In this document: positions 49,908 to 62,514 of the stretch, piece by piece
How the letters are laid out: every line of letters starts with the position of its first letter
How positions within the stretch are numbered: the stretch's first letter is position 1
The notes under the pieces: generated by a model
Told to the model about the DNA's origin: nothing
Seen by the model: the letters and a program-made list of their open reading frames with translations, nothing else
Database searches by the model: none
Assembly (NCBI GenBank): GCA_038087875.1
Contig: JAXLNO010000630.1
Span: forward strand, 248,001 to 311,412
DNA: 63,412 nt
Direction of reading: 5' to 3'
Source of the DNA: Malacoraja senta
Lineage: Eukaryota
Position numbers and translations under genes: made by a program

Positions 49908-50885
49908 GGAGACCATTCCTGGGGCTCGGACTTTCAGATCGTACGGTAGATGTTATCTCTGTGGCCTGGAGGTAGAGCACCCAGAAACAGTACATCTCTC
50001 ATATAAGGAAATGGGAGATGTACTGCTCTCTCTCGAATATTTCGTACGACACGGCTTCCATTACAGATGTTTTGGAGTTCCTTTCTACACTATTCTACGA
50101 TCAGAAACTCAGTTATAGTGCCATAAATAGTGCTAGGAGCGCTTTGTCATCTTACTTATGGCTGGGGTCAGGGAACCACACTGTCGGATCTCACCCCTTA
50201 ATAACCAGATTTATGAATGGCATTTTTAACTCTACTTCGCCCTAGGCCCAGATATTCACAGATATGGGATGTGAGCGTGGTCCTCACGCTGCTCTGTCAG
50301 TAGGCACCAGTTTCATCTCTGTCTCTCCCTAATCTCACACTTAAGGTAGTCATGCTCATGGCGCTGGTCTCTGCACAACGGGTCCAGACGTTAAATAAAC
50401 TTAGACTGGACAGCATGGTTACATCTTTTGACAACATCACCTTTTTTGTTCATGATCTATTAAAGCAGAGCAGACCAGGGATGTCGGGGCTCAAATTAAG
50501 TTTTATGGCTTACCCCTTAAGACCAAAGTTTGTGTGTGGTATCTCACATACTACAATACATTAAGGTCACTAAGAGCCTCAGAGGCTCGGAATTATCCTT
50601 ATTCATCAGCTACACCAAAACTCATAGGAAGGTTACAGTGCAGACCATTTCAAGATGGATAAAACATGTGCGGGAGTGGACACTGACACTTTTAAACCTT
50701 ATTCCACCAGGGCTGCATCTACGTCAGCAGCAAGGGATATGGACGTCCCTCTCGACCACATTCTAGCGGCTGCGGGATGGTCTAATGAACTGACGTACCA
50801 AAGGTTTTATAACAAACCTATTGCCAGACCGGGGACTTTTGCTAATTCTGTTTTAGGTTCTGTTTTACAGTTTCCCCCTGGGTGA
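49901..50885 (+). pseudogene. DIRS D tyrosine recombinase (stops and frameshifts)
   Basis: ILRRPFLGLGLS, SAQRVQTL, LKQSRPG, STRAAS, GWS, YQRFYNKP. Confidence 0.92.
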
Positions 50886-51614
50886 GAGGGGTCACTTTTA
50901 TTTTCTTTGATTATTAAAGCATCAGCATTTTTATCTATGTCATGTTTGAATGCATTAATTATTTCTCACTCATCCTGGTCAACTGATGCAGTGTGTGACG
51001 CATGGACTCGTTTCCACGGCATGAAATCACAGCTTCAAAATCTTCATGTAGTCACTCACGTGACTCCGAAGTAAAATAGTAAGATTAAACGAGAACTTAC
51101 CAGTTTGAAGTTTGATCTTTATTTTATGAGGAGTTACGATGAACGATTACGTGCCCTCCGCTCCCAACCCTCGTAACATAAAGATCTTCTCAAAGTTCTA
51201 GTCAGCTCTAATCTTACTATTTTAGTTCAACAATTGTTACCTGTGATTTCACACCGCTGCTTTGAAGATTGACGCGCATGCGGCTTGACGGCCTTCTTCA
51301 CGTAATCGCTCATCGTAATTCCTCATAAAATAAAGATCAAACTTCAAACTGGTAAGTTCTCGTTTAATCTTACTATTCTGAACCAGGATTAATCCTGTAT
51401 TATTCACTAATGTCTGCATGCTACACTTGGGAGTTTTGTCTTCTTAATAACATCTGTCACTTACACAGAAACTTTGAGTGTAACTACTTGGAGATTTTCA
51501 CTGAACCTTGGCTTACAGCACAAGACCCTTGTCTTGAGCATAACTCTTGGATTTAAGCAAGCACATCACACAATTTCCTCTGCAACCACAGGAGATGGAA
51601 CACCTGTCCCTACA

Positions 51615-53893
51615 CATAGACAATAGGTGCAGGAGTAGGCCATTCCTGCCCTCCCCGTATCCCCTGGCTCCGCTATCTTTAAGAGCCCTATCTAGCTCTC
51701 TCTTGAAAGTATCCAGAGAACCGGCCTCCACCGCCCGCTGAGGCAGAGAATTCCACAGACCCACAACTCTCTGTGAGAAAAAGTGTTTCCTCGTCTCCGT
51801 TCTAAATGGCTTACCCCTTATTCTTAAACTGTGGCCCCTGGATCTGGACTCCCCCAACATCGGGAACATGTTTCCTGCCTCCAGCGTGTCCTAACCCTTA
51901 ACAATCTTATATGTTTCAATAAGATCCCCTATCATCCTTCTAAACTCCAGACTGTACAAGCCCAGCCGCTCCATTCTCTCAGCATATGACAGTCCCGCCA
52001 TCCCGGGAATTAGCCTTGTAAACCTACGCTGCACTCCATCAATAGCAAGAATGTCCTTCCTCTTATTAGGGGATCAAAACTGCACACAATACTCCAGGTG
52101 TGGTCTCACTAGGGCCCTATACAACTGCAGAAGGACCTCTTTGCTCCTATACTCAACTCCTCTTGTTATGAAGGCCAACATGCCATTCGCTTTCTTCACT
52201 GCCTGCTGTACCTGCATGCTTACTTTCATAGACTGATGAACAAGGATCCCAGATCCCTTTGTACTTCCCCTTTACCCAACTTGACACCATTTAGATAGTA
52301 ATCTGCCTTAGCGTTTTTTATACCAAAGTGGATAACATCCCATTTATCCACATTAACCTTCATCTGCCATGCATCTGCCCACTCACCCAACCTGTCGAAG
52401 TCATCTTGCATTCTCATAGCATCATCCTCACAGTTCACACTGCCACCCAGCTTTGTGTCATCTGCAAATTTGCTAATGTTACTTTGAATTCCTTCATCCA
52501 AATCATTGATGCATATTGAAAATAGATGTGGTCCCAGCACCGAGCCTTGCGGTACCCCACTAGTGACTGCGTGCCATTCTGAAAGGGACCCGTTAATCCC
52601 TACTCTTTGTTTCCTGTCTGCCAACCAATTTTCTATCCGTCAGCACTCTACCCCCAATACCATGTGCCCTAAATTCGCCCACTAATCTCCTATGTGGGAC
52701 CATATCAAATGCTTTCTGAAATTCCAGGTATACTACACTACTTTCGCTGGCTGTCCCTTGTCCATTTTCCAAGTTACATCCTCAAAAAATTCCAGAAGAT
52801 TAGTCAAGCATGATTTCCCCTTCGTAAATCCAAGCTGACTTGGACGGATCCTGTTACTCCTATCCAAATGTGCCGCTATTTCATCTTTCATAATTGACCA
52901 GCATCTTTCCCACCACCGATATCAGGCTAACTGGTCTATAATTCCCTGTTTTCTCTCTCCCGCCTTAAAAAGTGGAATAACACTAGCTACCCTCCAATCC
53001 AGAGGAACTGATCCTGAATCTATAGAACATTGGAAAATGATCACCAATGCGTCCATGATTTCCAGACCCATTTCCTTAAGTACCCTGGGATGCAGACCAT
53101 CAGGCCCTGGGGATTTATCAGCCTTCAGATCCATCAGTCTACCCAACACGATTTCCTGCCTAATGTGGATTCCCTTCAGTTCCTCCGTCACCCCAGATCC
53201 ACTGGCCACTAGTACATTAGGAACATTGTTTGTGTCCTCCTTAGTGAAGACAGATCCAAAGTAACTGTTCAACCCATCTGCCATTTCCTTGTTCCCCATA
53301 ATAAATTCACCCTTTTCAGTCTTCAAGGCTCCAACTATTTTTTTCTTCTTCACATACCTAAAGAAGCTTTTACTATCCTCCTTTATATTCTTGGCTAGTT
53401 TACCTTCGTACCTCATCTTTTCTCCCCGTACTGTATTTTTAGTTATCTTCTGTTGCTCTTTAAACATTACCCAATCCTCTTGCTTCCCGCCTATCTTTGC
53501 TACGTTGTACTTCTTCTCTTTTATTTTTATACTGTCCCTGACATCCCTTGTCAGCCACGGTCACCCCTTACTTCCCTTGGAATCTTTCTTCTTTGGAATG
53601 AACTGATCCTGTACGTTCTGTATTATTCCTAGAAATACCTGCCATTGTTGTTCCACTGTCATCCCTGCTATGGTAACTTTCCAGTCAACTTTGGCCAGCT
53701 CCTCCTTCATGGCTCCATAGGTAGCCCTTTATTCAACTCTAACACTGACATCTCCAATTCACCCTTCTCCCTCTCCAATTGTGGATTAAACTTGACAATA
53801 TTATGGTCACTACCTCAGAATGGCTCCTTTATCAAGTTCCTTTATCAAATCTGGTTCATTACATAACACTAAATCCAGAATTGTCTTCTCCAA
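51615..53893 (-). mobile_element. CR1 LINE, 5'-truncated ~2.3 kb, degraded ORF2
   Basis: KSPGPDGLHPRVLKE, SGVPQGSVLGP, SKFADDTKL, FSQRVVGLWNSLP; TAGACAATAG tail. Confidence 0.95.
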
Positions 53894-53894
53894 C

Positions 53895-54420
53895 CTGAAC
53901 CAACCTGATCTCCCGGTTGCTGGACACTTTAATTCTCCTTCCCATTCCCACACAGACCTTTCTGTCTTCAGTCTCCTCCATTGTCAGAGTGAGTGAAGCT
54001 AAACACAAATCGGAGGAACAGCATTTCATATTTTGCTTGGCAGCTTATAGCCCAGTGGTATGAACCTTGATTTGTCCCACATCAGGTAGCCCCGGCATTC
54101 CCTCTCTCTCTCTATCCCTCCCCCACCCAAGTCGCACCAGCTTCTCATTTTCACCCTACAAACAGCTTACAATGGACCGTTTCCTTTATCGACGTCACTT
54201 TTTTACATATCTTTCATTCATTGTACTTTATCATCCAACTTTTCCAGCACCGTCTATATCTCTTGGTTCCCTTATCCCTAACCAGTCTGAAGAAAGGTCT
54301 CAACCCGAAACGTCACCCATTCCGTTTCTCCAGAGATGCTTCCTCTCCCGCTGAGTTACTCCAGCTTTTTGTGTCTATCTTCGGTTTAAACCAGCATCCA
54401 TAGTTCCTTCTTAGACAACA
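53895..54420 (+). mobile_element. Penelope-like element 3' end (GIY-YIG C-terminus and pLTR-like region)
   Basis: Reads PDLPVAGHFNSPSHSHTDLSV...EEQHFIF...PSGMN, then a pyrimidine-rich UTR and a hammerhead-like core at ~54287-54314. Confidence 0.82.
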
Positions 54421-54432
54421 AACAACCTGTTA

Positions 54433-55132
54433 AGGGCCTGTCCCACTTACGTGTCCTTGGCACGCAAATTACACGACCTCGTGGTCGCATTGAGCCGAGA
54501 CGGTCGAGTGAAGGTCGGGCGCGATTACATGCGTACGCACAGCCGTCTGGAGCGCGTAACGTCATTTGAAGACAGACACAAAGCTGGAGTAACTCAGCGG
54601 GACCGGCAGCGTCTCTGGAGAGAAGCAATGAGTGATGTTTCGTGTTGAGACCCTTCCTCAGTCTGAAAAGAAGGGTCTTGACCCGAAACATCACCCATTC
54701 CTTCTCTCCAGAGATGCTTCCGGTCCCGCTGAGTTACTCCTACATTTTGTGTCTACAATTTTCTTGGCCCCGCTCTGGGAGTAGGAGTGGGGCCGGATCC
54801 GGACCGCAACGGCCGTGAGCCCCAGGCCGTGTTCGACGATCGTTTGCCTGTTTCTGCTGCTGTTGAAGGTGAGACGTTGCGTCGCGCCAGGGTCTTGGGC
54901 CTGTCCCACTTTGGCCGTCAGTTACGCTACAGGCCGTTGGCGCGCGAAGATTTAGTTCACTGCAAGAATTTTGGAGCCCCGCGCGATGTCAGGACCAGCC
55001 CCGCACAACTCCATACATCTCCGCGCTTCTAAGTGGGTCCGGCCCCGCGCAGCCATTCGGTGCCCGTACGCCTCAAGCGACCACGAGGTCGCGTAATTTG
55101 CGAGCCAAGGATGCGTAAGTGGGACAGGCCCT
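54433..55132. mobile_element. PIF/Harbinger-type MITE with ~60-bp TIRs and TTA TSD; contains a Penelope-derived palindrome (~54570-54757)
   Basis: TTA[AGGGCCTGTCCCACTTACG...CGTAAGTGGGACAGGCCCT]TTA. Confidence 0.9.
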
Positions 55133-55461
55133 TTAGTCTGTTTTGGTCGCGCTGGTACTTAAGCTAATTAGAAACTCCTGCTCCAAAAGACTATTTACAC
55201 ACAGAAGAGAACTCCAGTTCATGGCCTAGTGTTTTGCACAGAGTGAAGGGAATTTCAACAACCTTGAGGGGTACAAACCACAGCGATTACCCCCTCGATC
55301 TCCAAAATGTTGTACCATGTGTGTTACTTTTAAAAATCCTAGACATCGCACAACAGGGATATGAAACCTGGGTGGACATACACAATTTTAATCTCGTATT
55401 TTAAACAGATGGGCTGAAAGGCCTGTTGCCTTGCTGTATAACTATGATTTCAATTTCCACA

Positions 55462-55941
55462 TAGGGTTGCCAACTGTCCCGTATTAGCTGGGACATCCCG
55501 GATTTTGGGCTAAATTGATTTGTCCCATAAGGGACCACCCTTGTCCCATATTTGACTGCTACTACTCGGGTCGAGGGGACTGTCCGGTTGGATCGCCGTG
55601 TCACCCATCCCAACGTAGTGCAGTGCATGGAGTGCAGCAGCATTGCCCGGCCAGCTGACCGACCTTCGGACCTTCGCTTACCACCGACACCACTACCCCT
55701 CCTTCTCATGGCCGATCATCGGTTCATGAGTTGGATAGGGTGCCGGACATTGTGCGCAATGTCGTTCGGGCTAAAAGTCCTCAGCTGGCCCGCCGGCTGG
55801 GCTTTGTGTGCAGTCCAGCACCTGGGCCAACTTATCGTTCATCCAACCACGGCCGAGTCGGTCAACGAATTGCCGTCGGGAATTTGTCCTGTATTTTCAC
55901 TTTTTTTCTCTTATTTGGGAGTGAGAAAGTTGGCAACCCTG
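55462..55941. mobile_element. hAT-type MITE
   Basis: TIRs TAGGGTTGCCAACT / AGTTGGCAACCCTG; 8-bp flanks TTTCCACA / TTCCCACA (7 of 8 match). Confidence 0.85.
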
Positions 55942-56021
55942 TTCCCACAGGTAATCGCACTCTGCCTCAACTAGAAAGCTTCCTAAAGTCGGACAAGTAA
56001 CTGCAACTAGTGTTTCCCCAT

Positions 56022-56365
56022 AAATGAGAAGAATAGATAGGGTAGATGAACAGAGTCTCTTGCCCAGAGTAGGGGAATCGACGACCAGAGGACATAGGCT
56101 TAAGGTGAAGGGGAAAAGATTTAACAGGAATCTGAGGGGTAACCTTTTCATACAGAGGGTGGTTGGTGTATGGAACAAGCTGCCAGAGGAGATAGTTGAG
56201 GCTGGGACTATCCCAACATTTAAGAAACATTAAGACAGGTACATGGATAGGATAGTTTGGGAGGGGTATCGGCCAAATGCCGGCAGGTGGGACGAGTGTA
56301 GCTCGGACATGTTGGCCGGCGTGGGCATGTTGGGCCAAAGGTCCTGTTGCCATGCTATATAACTA
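56022..56365 (+). mobile_element. CR1 3' fragment (family sharing its 3' tail with the SINE)
   Basis: MRRIDRVDEQSLLPRVGESTTRGHRLKV...QRVVGVWNKLP and 3'UTR. Confidence 0.88.
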
Positions 56366-56752
56366 AATGCAGAAAGTGATTTTGATTTGACAGCCCACAA
56401 ATTTCTCTGCACTCTGCTGATATTTTTCTCAATTCAGTTCAGTTTAGTTTATTGTCACGTGTACCAAGGTACAGTGAACAGGTTTTTGTGCTATCCAGTT
56501 AACAGAAAGATAATACATCATTACGATCGAGCTATATACAGAACAAGGTAAAGCAAGCAAATTCTGACCAAGGATCGTCCGAGGGTCACCAATAAGGTAG
56601 ATACTAATTCAATAAGGTAGATAGCAACTCTGGTTGTGCAGTTGAGCAATTCCTAGACCAAGTGATGCTGAGAGAATATCACTGCATTATTTTGCGAATC
56701 ATAGATTGACACTGGATGATTCTGGAGTAACTCATCTCTAGATAGAAGGAAT

Positions 56753-56786
56753 GGGTGACGTTTCGGGTCGAGACCCATCTTCAGAG
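56753..56786 (-). ncRNA. Minimal hammerhead-ribozyme-like core in a Penelope-derived repeat
   Basis: CUGAAGA-U-GGGUC-UC-GACCC-GAAAC-GUC matches CUGANGA/stem II/GAAA/NUH; helix I in cis is weak. Confidence 0.55.
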
Positions 56787-57989
56787 TCTTTGTACATAAT
56801 GTACAAACTTGTGAGCATCAGAAAGAGTTTTCTTTCAATAAATTACAGTGTAACTTTCAAAGCCCAACCCAAGAGCTATTCTTACCTGGTATGTGCAAAC
56901 TTCGGGGCAATTCCAGACAAATAACTGGCATATCTAATTCAGTTTGCACAAATTCCGAATTGTAGATAAGAAGTTTGTTTTGCCAGCATATTTACAGTTC
57001 TAATTAAGCAACAAAAAAAAATAATAATAATGCTTTGAATGGTCAAAGCAAATGAAGGGTCCCGTACCTGAAATGTTAATGTTTCTCCTTCCACAGATGC
57101 TGCCTGACCTGCTGAGAGAGTTTCCAGCATTTTGTTTCGGGTTTTGCAGCATCTGCACGTTTGGTTTCCCCAAGGGTCTCTCGCCTGTATTTATACCCTT
57201 GACATCTGCCAAACTTGACAATGAGTTGTAGAGGGATCTTCATAATTACTGGAAGTTGGTGAGTGGAGGTGGGCGACTTGTGTCGGAAGGAACATACACC
57301 GAAAATAGACATGAAAGGCTGGAGTAACTCAGCGGGTCAAGCAGCATCTCTGGAGAAAATGGAACAGGTGACATTTCGTGTCGAGACCCTTCTTCAGGCA
57401 ACTTGCTTTTTCCACACAAAGGGTGGTTGAGACGGGGTCTATCCCAACGTTAAAGAAACAGTTAGATAGGTACATGGATAGGACAAGTTTAGAGGGATAT
57501 GGACCAAACGCAGGCAGGTGGGATGAATGTAGACAAGGCATGTTGCTCGGAGTGGGCAAGTTGAGCTGAAGGGCCTGTTCCCCATAATGTACAACTATGA
57601 TATAATAAATGTGCATACATACTTATATAACCTCACAACGACACCTTAATATGGGCCAAAGACCAACATGGCCATTGTTCTGTTAGTAAAATGGATGGAC
57701 AACACAAGAGCAATTGGAACAACACCGAGCTTCCCACCAAAACACACAGCTAGTCAATGTCTTCAGCGTCTGAGGAAGGGTCCCAACCCGAAACGTCACC
57801 CATTCCTTCTCTCCAGAGATGCTGCCTGGTGATCTATGGTCAGTATTGGCTGTGAGCCGAAGAGCCCAATACCATCCTGTATTACTAAGCTAAAGCTAAA
57901 AGTGATGTCGTTTGAATCTACGACTAGTCTTGGATAGTTACATTTCTGAGCAGAAGTCGTGGCACTTGTATGGTCATGGGAAAACCAGA

Positions 57990-57999
57990 AACACACAGA

Positions 58000-58039
<40 letters not shown>

Positions 58040-58416
58040 GAGACACACAGACACACACACACACCCACAGAGACAGACACACACACACACACACACACAG
58101 ACACACAGACACACACACACACACAGACACACACACACAAAGACGCGCACAGAGACGCACACACAGAGACGCACACACACAGACACACACACAGACACAC
58201 AGACAGACACACAGAAACATGCACAGACACACACACACAGGCGCACACACATACACACACACAGACACACAGATGTACACACAGAGACACACAGAATCAC
58301 ACTCAGACAGAGATGCACAGACACACACACATACACACAGACACACACGCACACACACACACAGAACACACACACACACACACCATACAGACACACAGAC
58401 AGATACACACACACAC
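57990..58416. repeat. Compound (CA)n/(CAGA)n microsatellite
   Basis: Visible directly; produces poly-HT and poly-CV ORFs in all frames. Confidence 0.98.
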
Positions 58417-59794
58417 CAATGTTAGCAGAAACCTGCGGAGGAGATTTTACTGCCAACTGGATGAGTTATACATGTCATTTGGCACCTGACTGTGAGAGAG
58501 AACGTGCGTATTGAAGTGCTCGAGAGAAGAGATCCTGATTATCTGACTCACTTGGAAAGGCAGATTCCACATCAACCTAACCTCTGACTTTGCAGCAAAA
58601 CAACAACAGAGTGCTGGAGTAACTCAGCGGGCCAGGCAGCATCTCTGGTGAACATTGACTTATTTGCAGTTTGCATTTGTTTGCGGTTTGTTTACATAGA
58701 CATTTAGCACCAAGAGGAAAGGCAGGCAGCAACTGTTTAGTCAAGAGGAGGACTAATAATATTGTGCTGTCAAGACTGAAGGAAGTACAAGCCCATGTTT
58801 AAATAAAAAAGCGCTAGAGTAATTCAGTGGGTCAGGCGACATCTCTGAAGACGAATAGGCAACATTTAGGTTTGAGATGTTTAAGAAGGAACTGCAGATG
58901 CTGGACAATCGACGATAGACAAAAGTGCTGGAGAAACTCAGCGGGTGCGGCAGCATCTATGGAGCGAAGGAAATAGGCAACGTTTTTTAGCTGAAACCCT
59001 TCTTCTGACTCCACTTCTTCAGGCCTGTTCATAAAGTATAGGAGCAGCATTAGGCCATGCGGCCCATCAAGTCTACTCCACCATTCAATCATGGCTGATC
59101 TATCTCTCCCTCTCAATCCCATTCTCCCTCCTTCTCCCCACAACACCCATACTAATCAAGAATCTGTCAATCTCTGCCTTTAAAATGTACGTTGGAGTAT
59201 AAATTAATTTTGAAGCATTTTGAAGCAAGGAACTGCAAATTCTGGTTTAAAAAGACACAAAGTGCTGGAGTAACTCAGCAGGCCAGTTAGCGCCTCTGGA
59301 GAACATGGAGGTCACGTTTCGAGTCGAGACCAGAAATATGTTGCATTGGTTTTTATCTGGTAAAACTCAGATTCTAAATAAACGTCCACAAGTCTAGGTG
59401 TACCTTGAAAATAGCTCCATTCTCAGTTGAAAAAGGAACAGCATTCTAGTAAAGTTAAGATAATCTGGAAATGCTGGCACGTGAAGTTTAAAGACAGACT
59501 TGGAACCAAAGACAGCTAATAGTGGATTAAATGAGAGGCAATAAGTGTAATTTGCCATTAATCTTATGGAAATCCATTACTATGCCCATGCCAAAAGTTT
59601 TCAAAGCAAAAAGAAAATAAAACTAATTAACTGCGTTCTATTGGCTTTTTCCCCCAATATGCTCATAACCGGTTTTACTTGTTTACTTGTGATTGTGTTG
59701 TTAATTTGGTGTTCTGGCCATTTAGCTGCTGTAGTATCAACTTCAACACAAGTCGGGGCACAGTGGCTCTGCAGTAGAGTTGCTGGAGGGAATG

Positions 59795-59915
59795 GATTAC
59801 AGGGGTCACGGGGAGAACGTTCAAACTCCACACAGACAGCACCCGTAGTCAGGATCGAACCCGGGTCTCTTGCGCTGTAAGGCAGCAACTCTACCGCTGT
59901 GCCATCATGCTGCCC
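59795..59915 (-). mobile_element. tRNA-derived SINE 5' fragment
   Basis: Minus strand GGCACAGCGGTAGAGTTGCTGCC...GGGTTCGATCCTG (A and B boxes). Confidence 0.78.
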
Positions 59916-60557
59916 ATTTAAAGGCTTCTTAAACACCACTTATCTGCCTTCACCACAATCTCTAGCAGTGTGTTCTAGGCACACACAACCTTGTGTATAA
60001 AAAAAACTTGCTCTGAACATCTTTAGATTATGCCCTTCTCTCCTTAAAGCTACGTCCTGTGGTCTTTGACATTTCCACACTGAGAAAACGGTTGGCTGAA
60101 ATATTTTGGTTCAAAAGGTGACAGTGATTTCTTGCTAATGCGATAGATATCAGATTGTACTTTTACACACTTCCAGGATCAAACAGTGCAGGACAAGAAC
60201 AGGCCCTTCGGCCCACAATGTCCATGCCAAACCGTTATATTATGTATATTTTCCAAACAATATTTAATATATTGAGCCTAATGTACAGCAGGATTACCAC
60301 TGAACTGTATGCAGAAGTAGAATTTCATTCTACTTGGGAACACATGACAATAAAGTCCCATTGAATGTGGGATTCTAAACAGGCTCCTGGTCTGCATTCT
60401 GAAATCCAGTTTAATGAGATATTCTCCCATCAGGTCTCAGGAGCTCACCCACGAGAACAAGATATACCAATACTTAAAACAAATTTGAACATGCTTCATG
60501 TCAAATGCAAGTTAACTGCATCCCACAACAGTTAGACAAGGAGACATTATAAAGACA

Positions 60558-60750
60558 AGTGCTGGAGTAACTCAGCGGGTCAGGCAACATCTCTGGAGAA
60601 CATGGATAGGTGACGTTTCACAGAGTGCTGGAGTAACTCAGCGGGTCAGGCAGCATCTCTGTAGAACATGGATAGGTGACATTTCACAGAGTGCTGGAGT
60701 AACTCAGCGGGTCAGGCAGCAACTCTGGAGAACATGGATAGTAAACGTTT
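60558..60750. repeat. Three tandem 66-bp units of the Penelope-derived repeat
   Basis: AGTGCTGGAGTAACTCAGCGGG starts at 60558, 60624 and 60690. Confidence 0.9.
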
Positions 60751-61124
60751 TGGATTGAGACCCTTCCTCAGATCAGACCTGAAACATCACTGAACCATGT
60801 GCCCCAGAGAAGCTGCTTGACCAGTTACTCCAGCATTTTGTGTCTTTTCATTGTACACCAACATCTGCTGCTCCTCGTTTGTCGGCAATTCGAGAATATG
60901 CACTCCATGATTCAAATTTGCATTCAAATACCGCATGTATCGTAGAGTTTCACCTCAACACTGACAGCTAAAGGTTGACCAGGTCAGAATCAAGATCTAG
61001 ATTCAGAAATAACACTTTCAACATCATTTAGCTTCAGAGTCAAATCAGATAAGGAAACCTCACAACTACATACGTAGACTTGGGGGCATTGGTTTTGTCT
61101 TTTTGCACTATTATTTAGTGTGGG

Positions 61125-61214
61125 TGTATGTGTGATACACACATATACAATGTACACACATATATATACATATACATATACATACTTACATATACACATA
61201 CATACATACATATA
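61125..61214. repeat. (TA/CA)n simple repeat
   Basis: Visible directly. Confidence 0.85.
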
Positions 61215-62484
61215 TCTATATAACTAAAAGTCTCATCATGACCATTTCCTGTTAGAAACATAGAAACATAGAAACATAGAAAGTAGGTGCGAGAGTAGAC
61301 CACCAGGCCCATCGAGCCCGCACCGCCATTCGCTCATGGCTGAACACTAAACAGACACCCTTACCCACAAACAGTAGACACAAGACACAGAACACAAGAC
61401 ACTACCCTCCCCTTTATATCGCTATCACCCCTCTCCACCCCAAGAACCGCGTGATCTCCTGGGGGAGGCAAAAAACCGGATAAAAGCCCAGGTCCAATTC
61501 GGGAAAAAAATCCAGGAAATTCCTCTCCGACCCCAATCCAGGCGATCGACACTTGTCCAGGAGATCACTCAGGTCTTACTATACTAACCATACCTAGGTC
61601 CATATCCCTGCCCTCTCCCCGTAGCCCCTTATCCCCTTGGCAGCTAAAAAAACATCTATTTTAGACTTAAATATATTTAATGTTTCTGCTTCCACTGCTC
61701 CCTGGGGCAGTGAATTCCATAAATTAACCACCCTCTGGGTGAAGAAGTTCTTCCTCATCTCAGTTTTAAAAGAGCCCCCTCTTATTCTACAACTATGTCC
61801 CCTAGTTCTAGTTTCCCCGATCATTGGAACATCCTCGGTGCATCCACCCGATCAAGGCCCCTCACGATCTTATATGTTTGCACTGCATATTGATTTTAGA
61901 AAAAACGCTACCACTTATGGCTGTGATTGTTCGCCATCTTACCCAGAGTCCCCCTCGGCTGCGCAGGACAAGAGGATTTTTCCCATCGATGAAAAATAAA
62001 AGAATTATTAGTGTTTTAAAAATGTTGAGATTCTCTCTCCAGTCAATAACCACCATGAAGGCCTTGCCCCTTCTGGTGGGAGGGGGGAGGGACTATAAAA
62101 CCTGGATGTGCGGGCATGGCTCAGTCTCTGCAAGATGGGGAAGGGAGAGGTCACCTTGGTGGCCTTGCACCGTGCTTGAAATGGAATTTCAAGTAATAGC
62201 CGTGAATCAACTGCCGGCCCACCAGCCGTAAGTGAGTGAGCTGCCAGCACACCAGGCTTGAGTGACTGAGCTGCCAGCCCAAGAATCAATTCGGCCCACA
62301 ATGTCCATACTAGCCCTCTGAAAACCAGACCCTTCGGCCCACAACATCCATATTAGTGCTCCATAAAGCCCCCCCACCCTCCCACTGGCCACCAATATTG
62401 GAATTGGTGGAGAGGTGGAATATTGCATAGGGGGACCAGCCCTTCCTTGTGAACATGGGACCCAATGGGTCCCACTTACTCTAG
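61215..62484 (+). mobile_element. Non-autonomous Helitron with a CR1 3' fragment nested at ~61253-61878 (minus)
   Basis: A|TCTATATAACTAAAAG start; subterminal hairpin TGGGACCCA-A-TGGGTCCCA (62456-62474); CTAG|T end; no TSD. Confidence 0.85.
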
Positions 62485-62514
62485 TACTAGACTATCTAGT
62501 ATCTGAATCAAGTA

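Larger units (their letters stand above)
46522..51377 (+). mobile_element. DIRS1-type element D, full length (~4.86 kb), second subfamily, pseudogenised
   Basis: Left end ATTTTACTTCGGAGTCACGTGAGTGACT; ITR GAAGAAGGCCGTCAAG / CTTGACGGCCTTCTTC; ICR ~51041-51153; right end ...CTTACTATT. Confidence 0.96.

Noticed and set aside
56886..56999. Minus-strand ag...CAG|gtaag candidate exon (114 nt)
   Set aside because: Stops in all three frames and no recognisable protein; it could only be non-coding.
57796..58514. Six 150-200 aa ORFs (poly-HT / poly-CV)
   Set aside because: They are translations of a (CA)n microsatellite.
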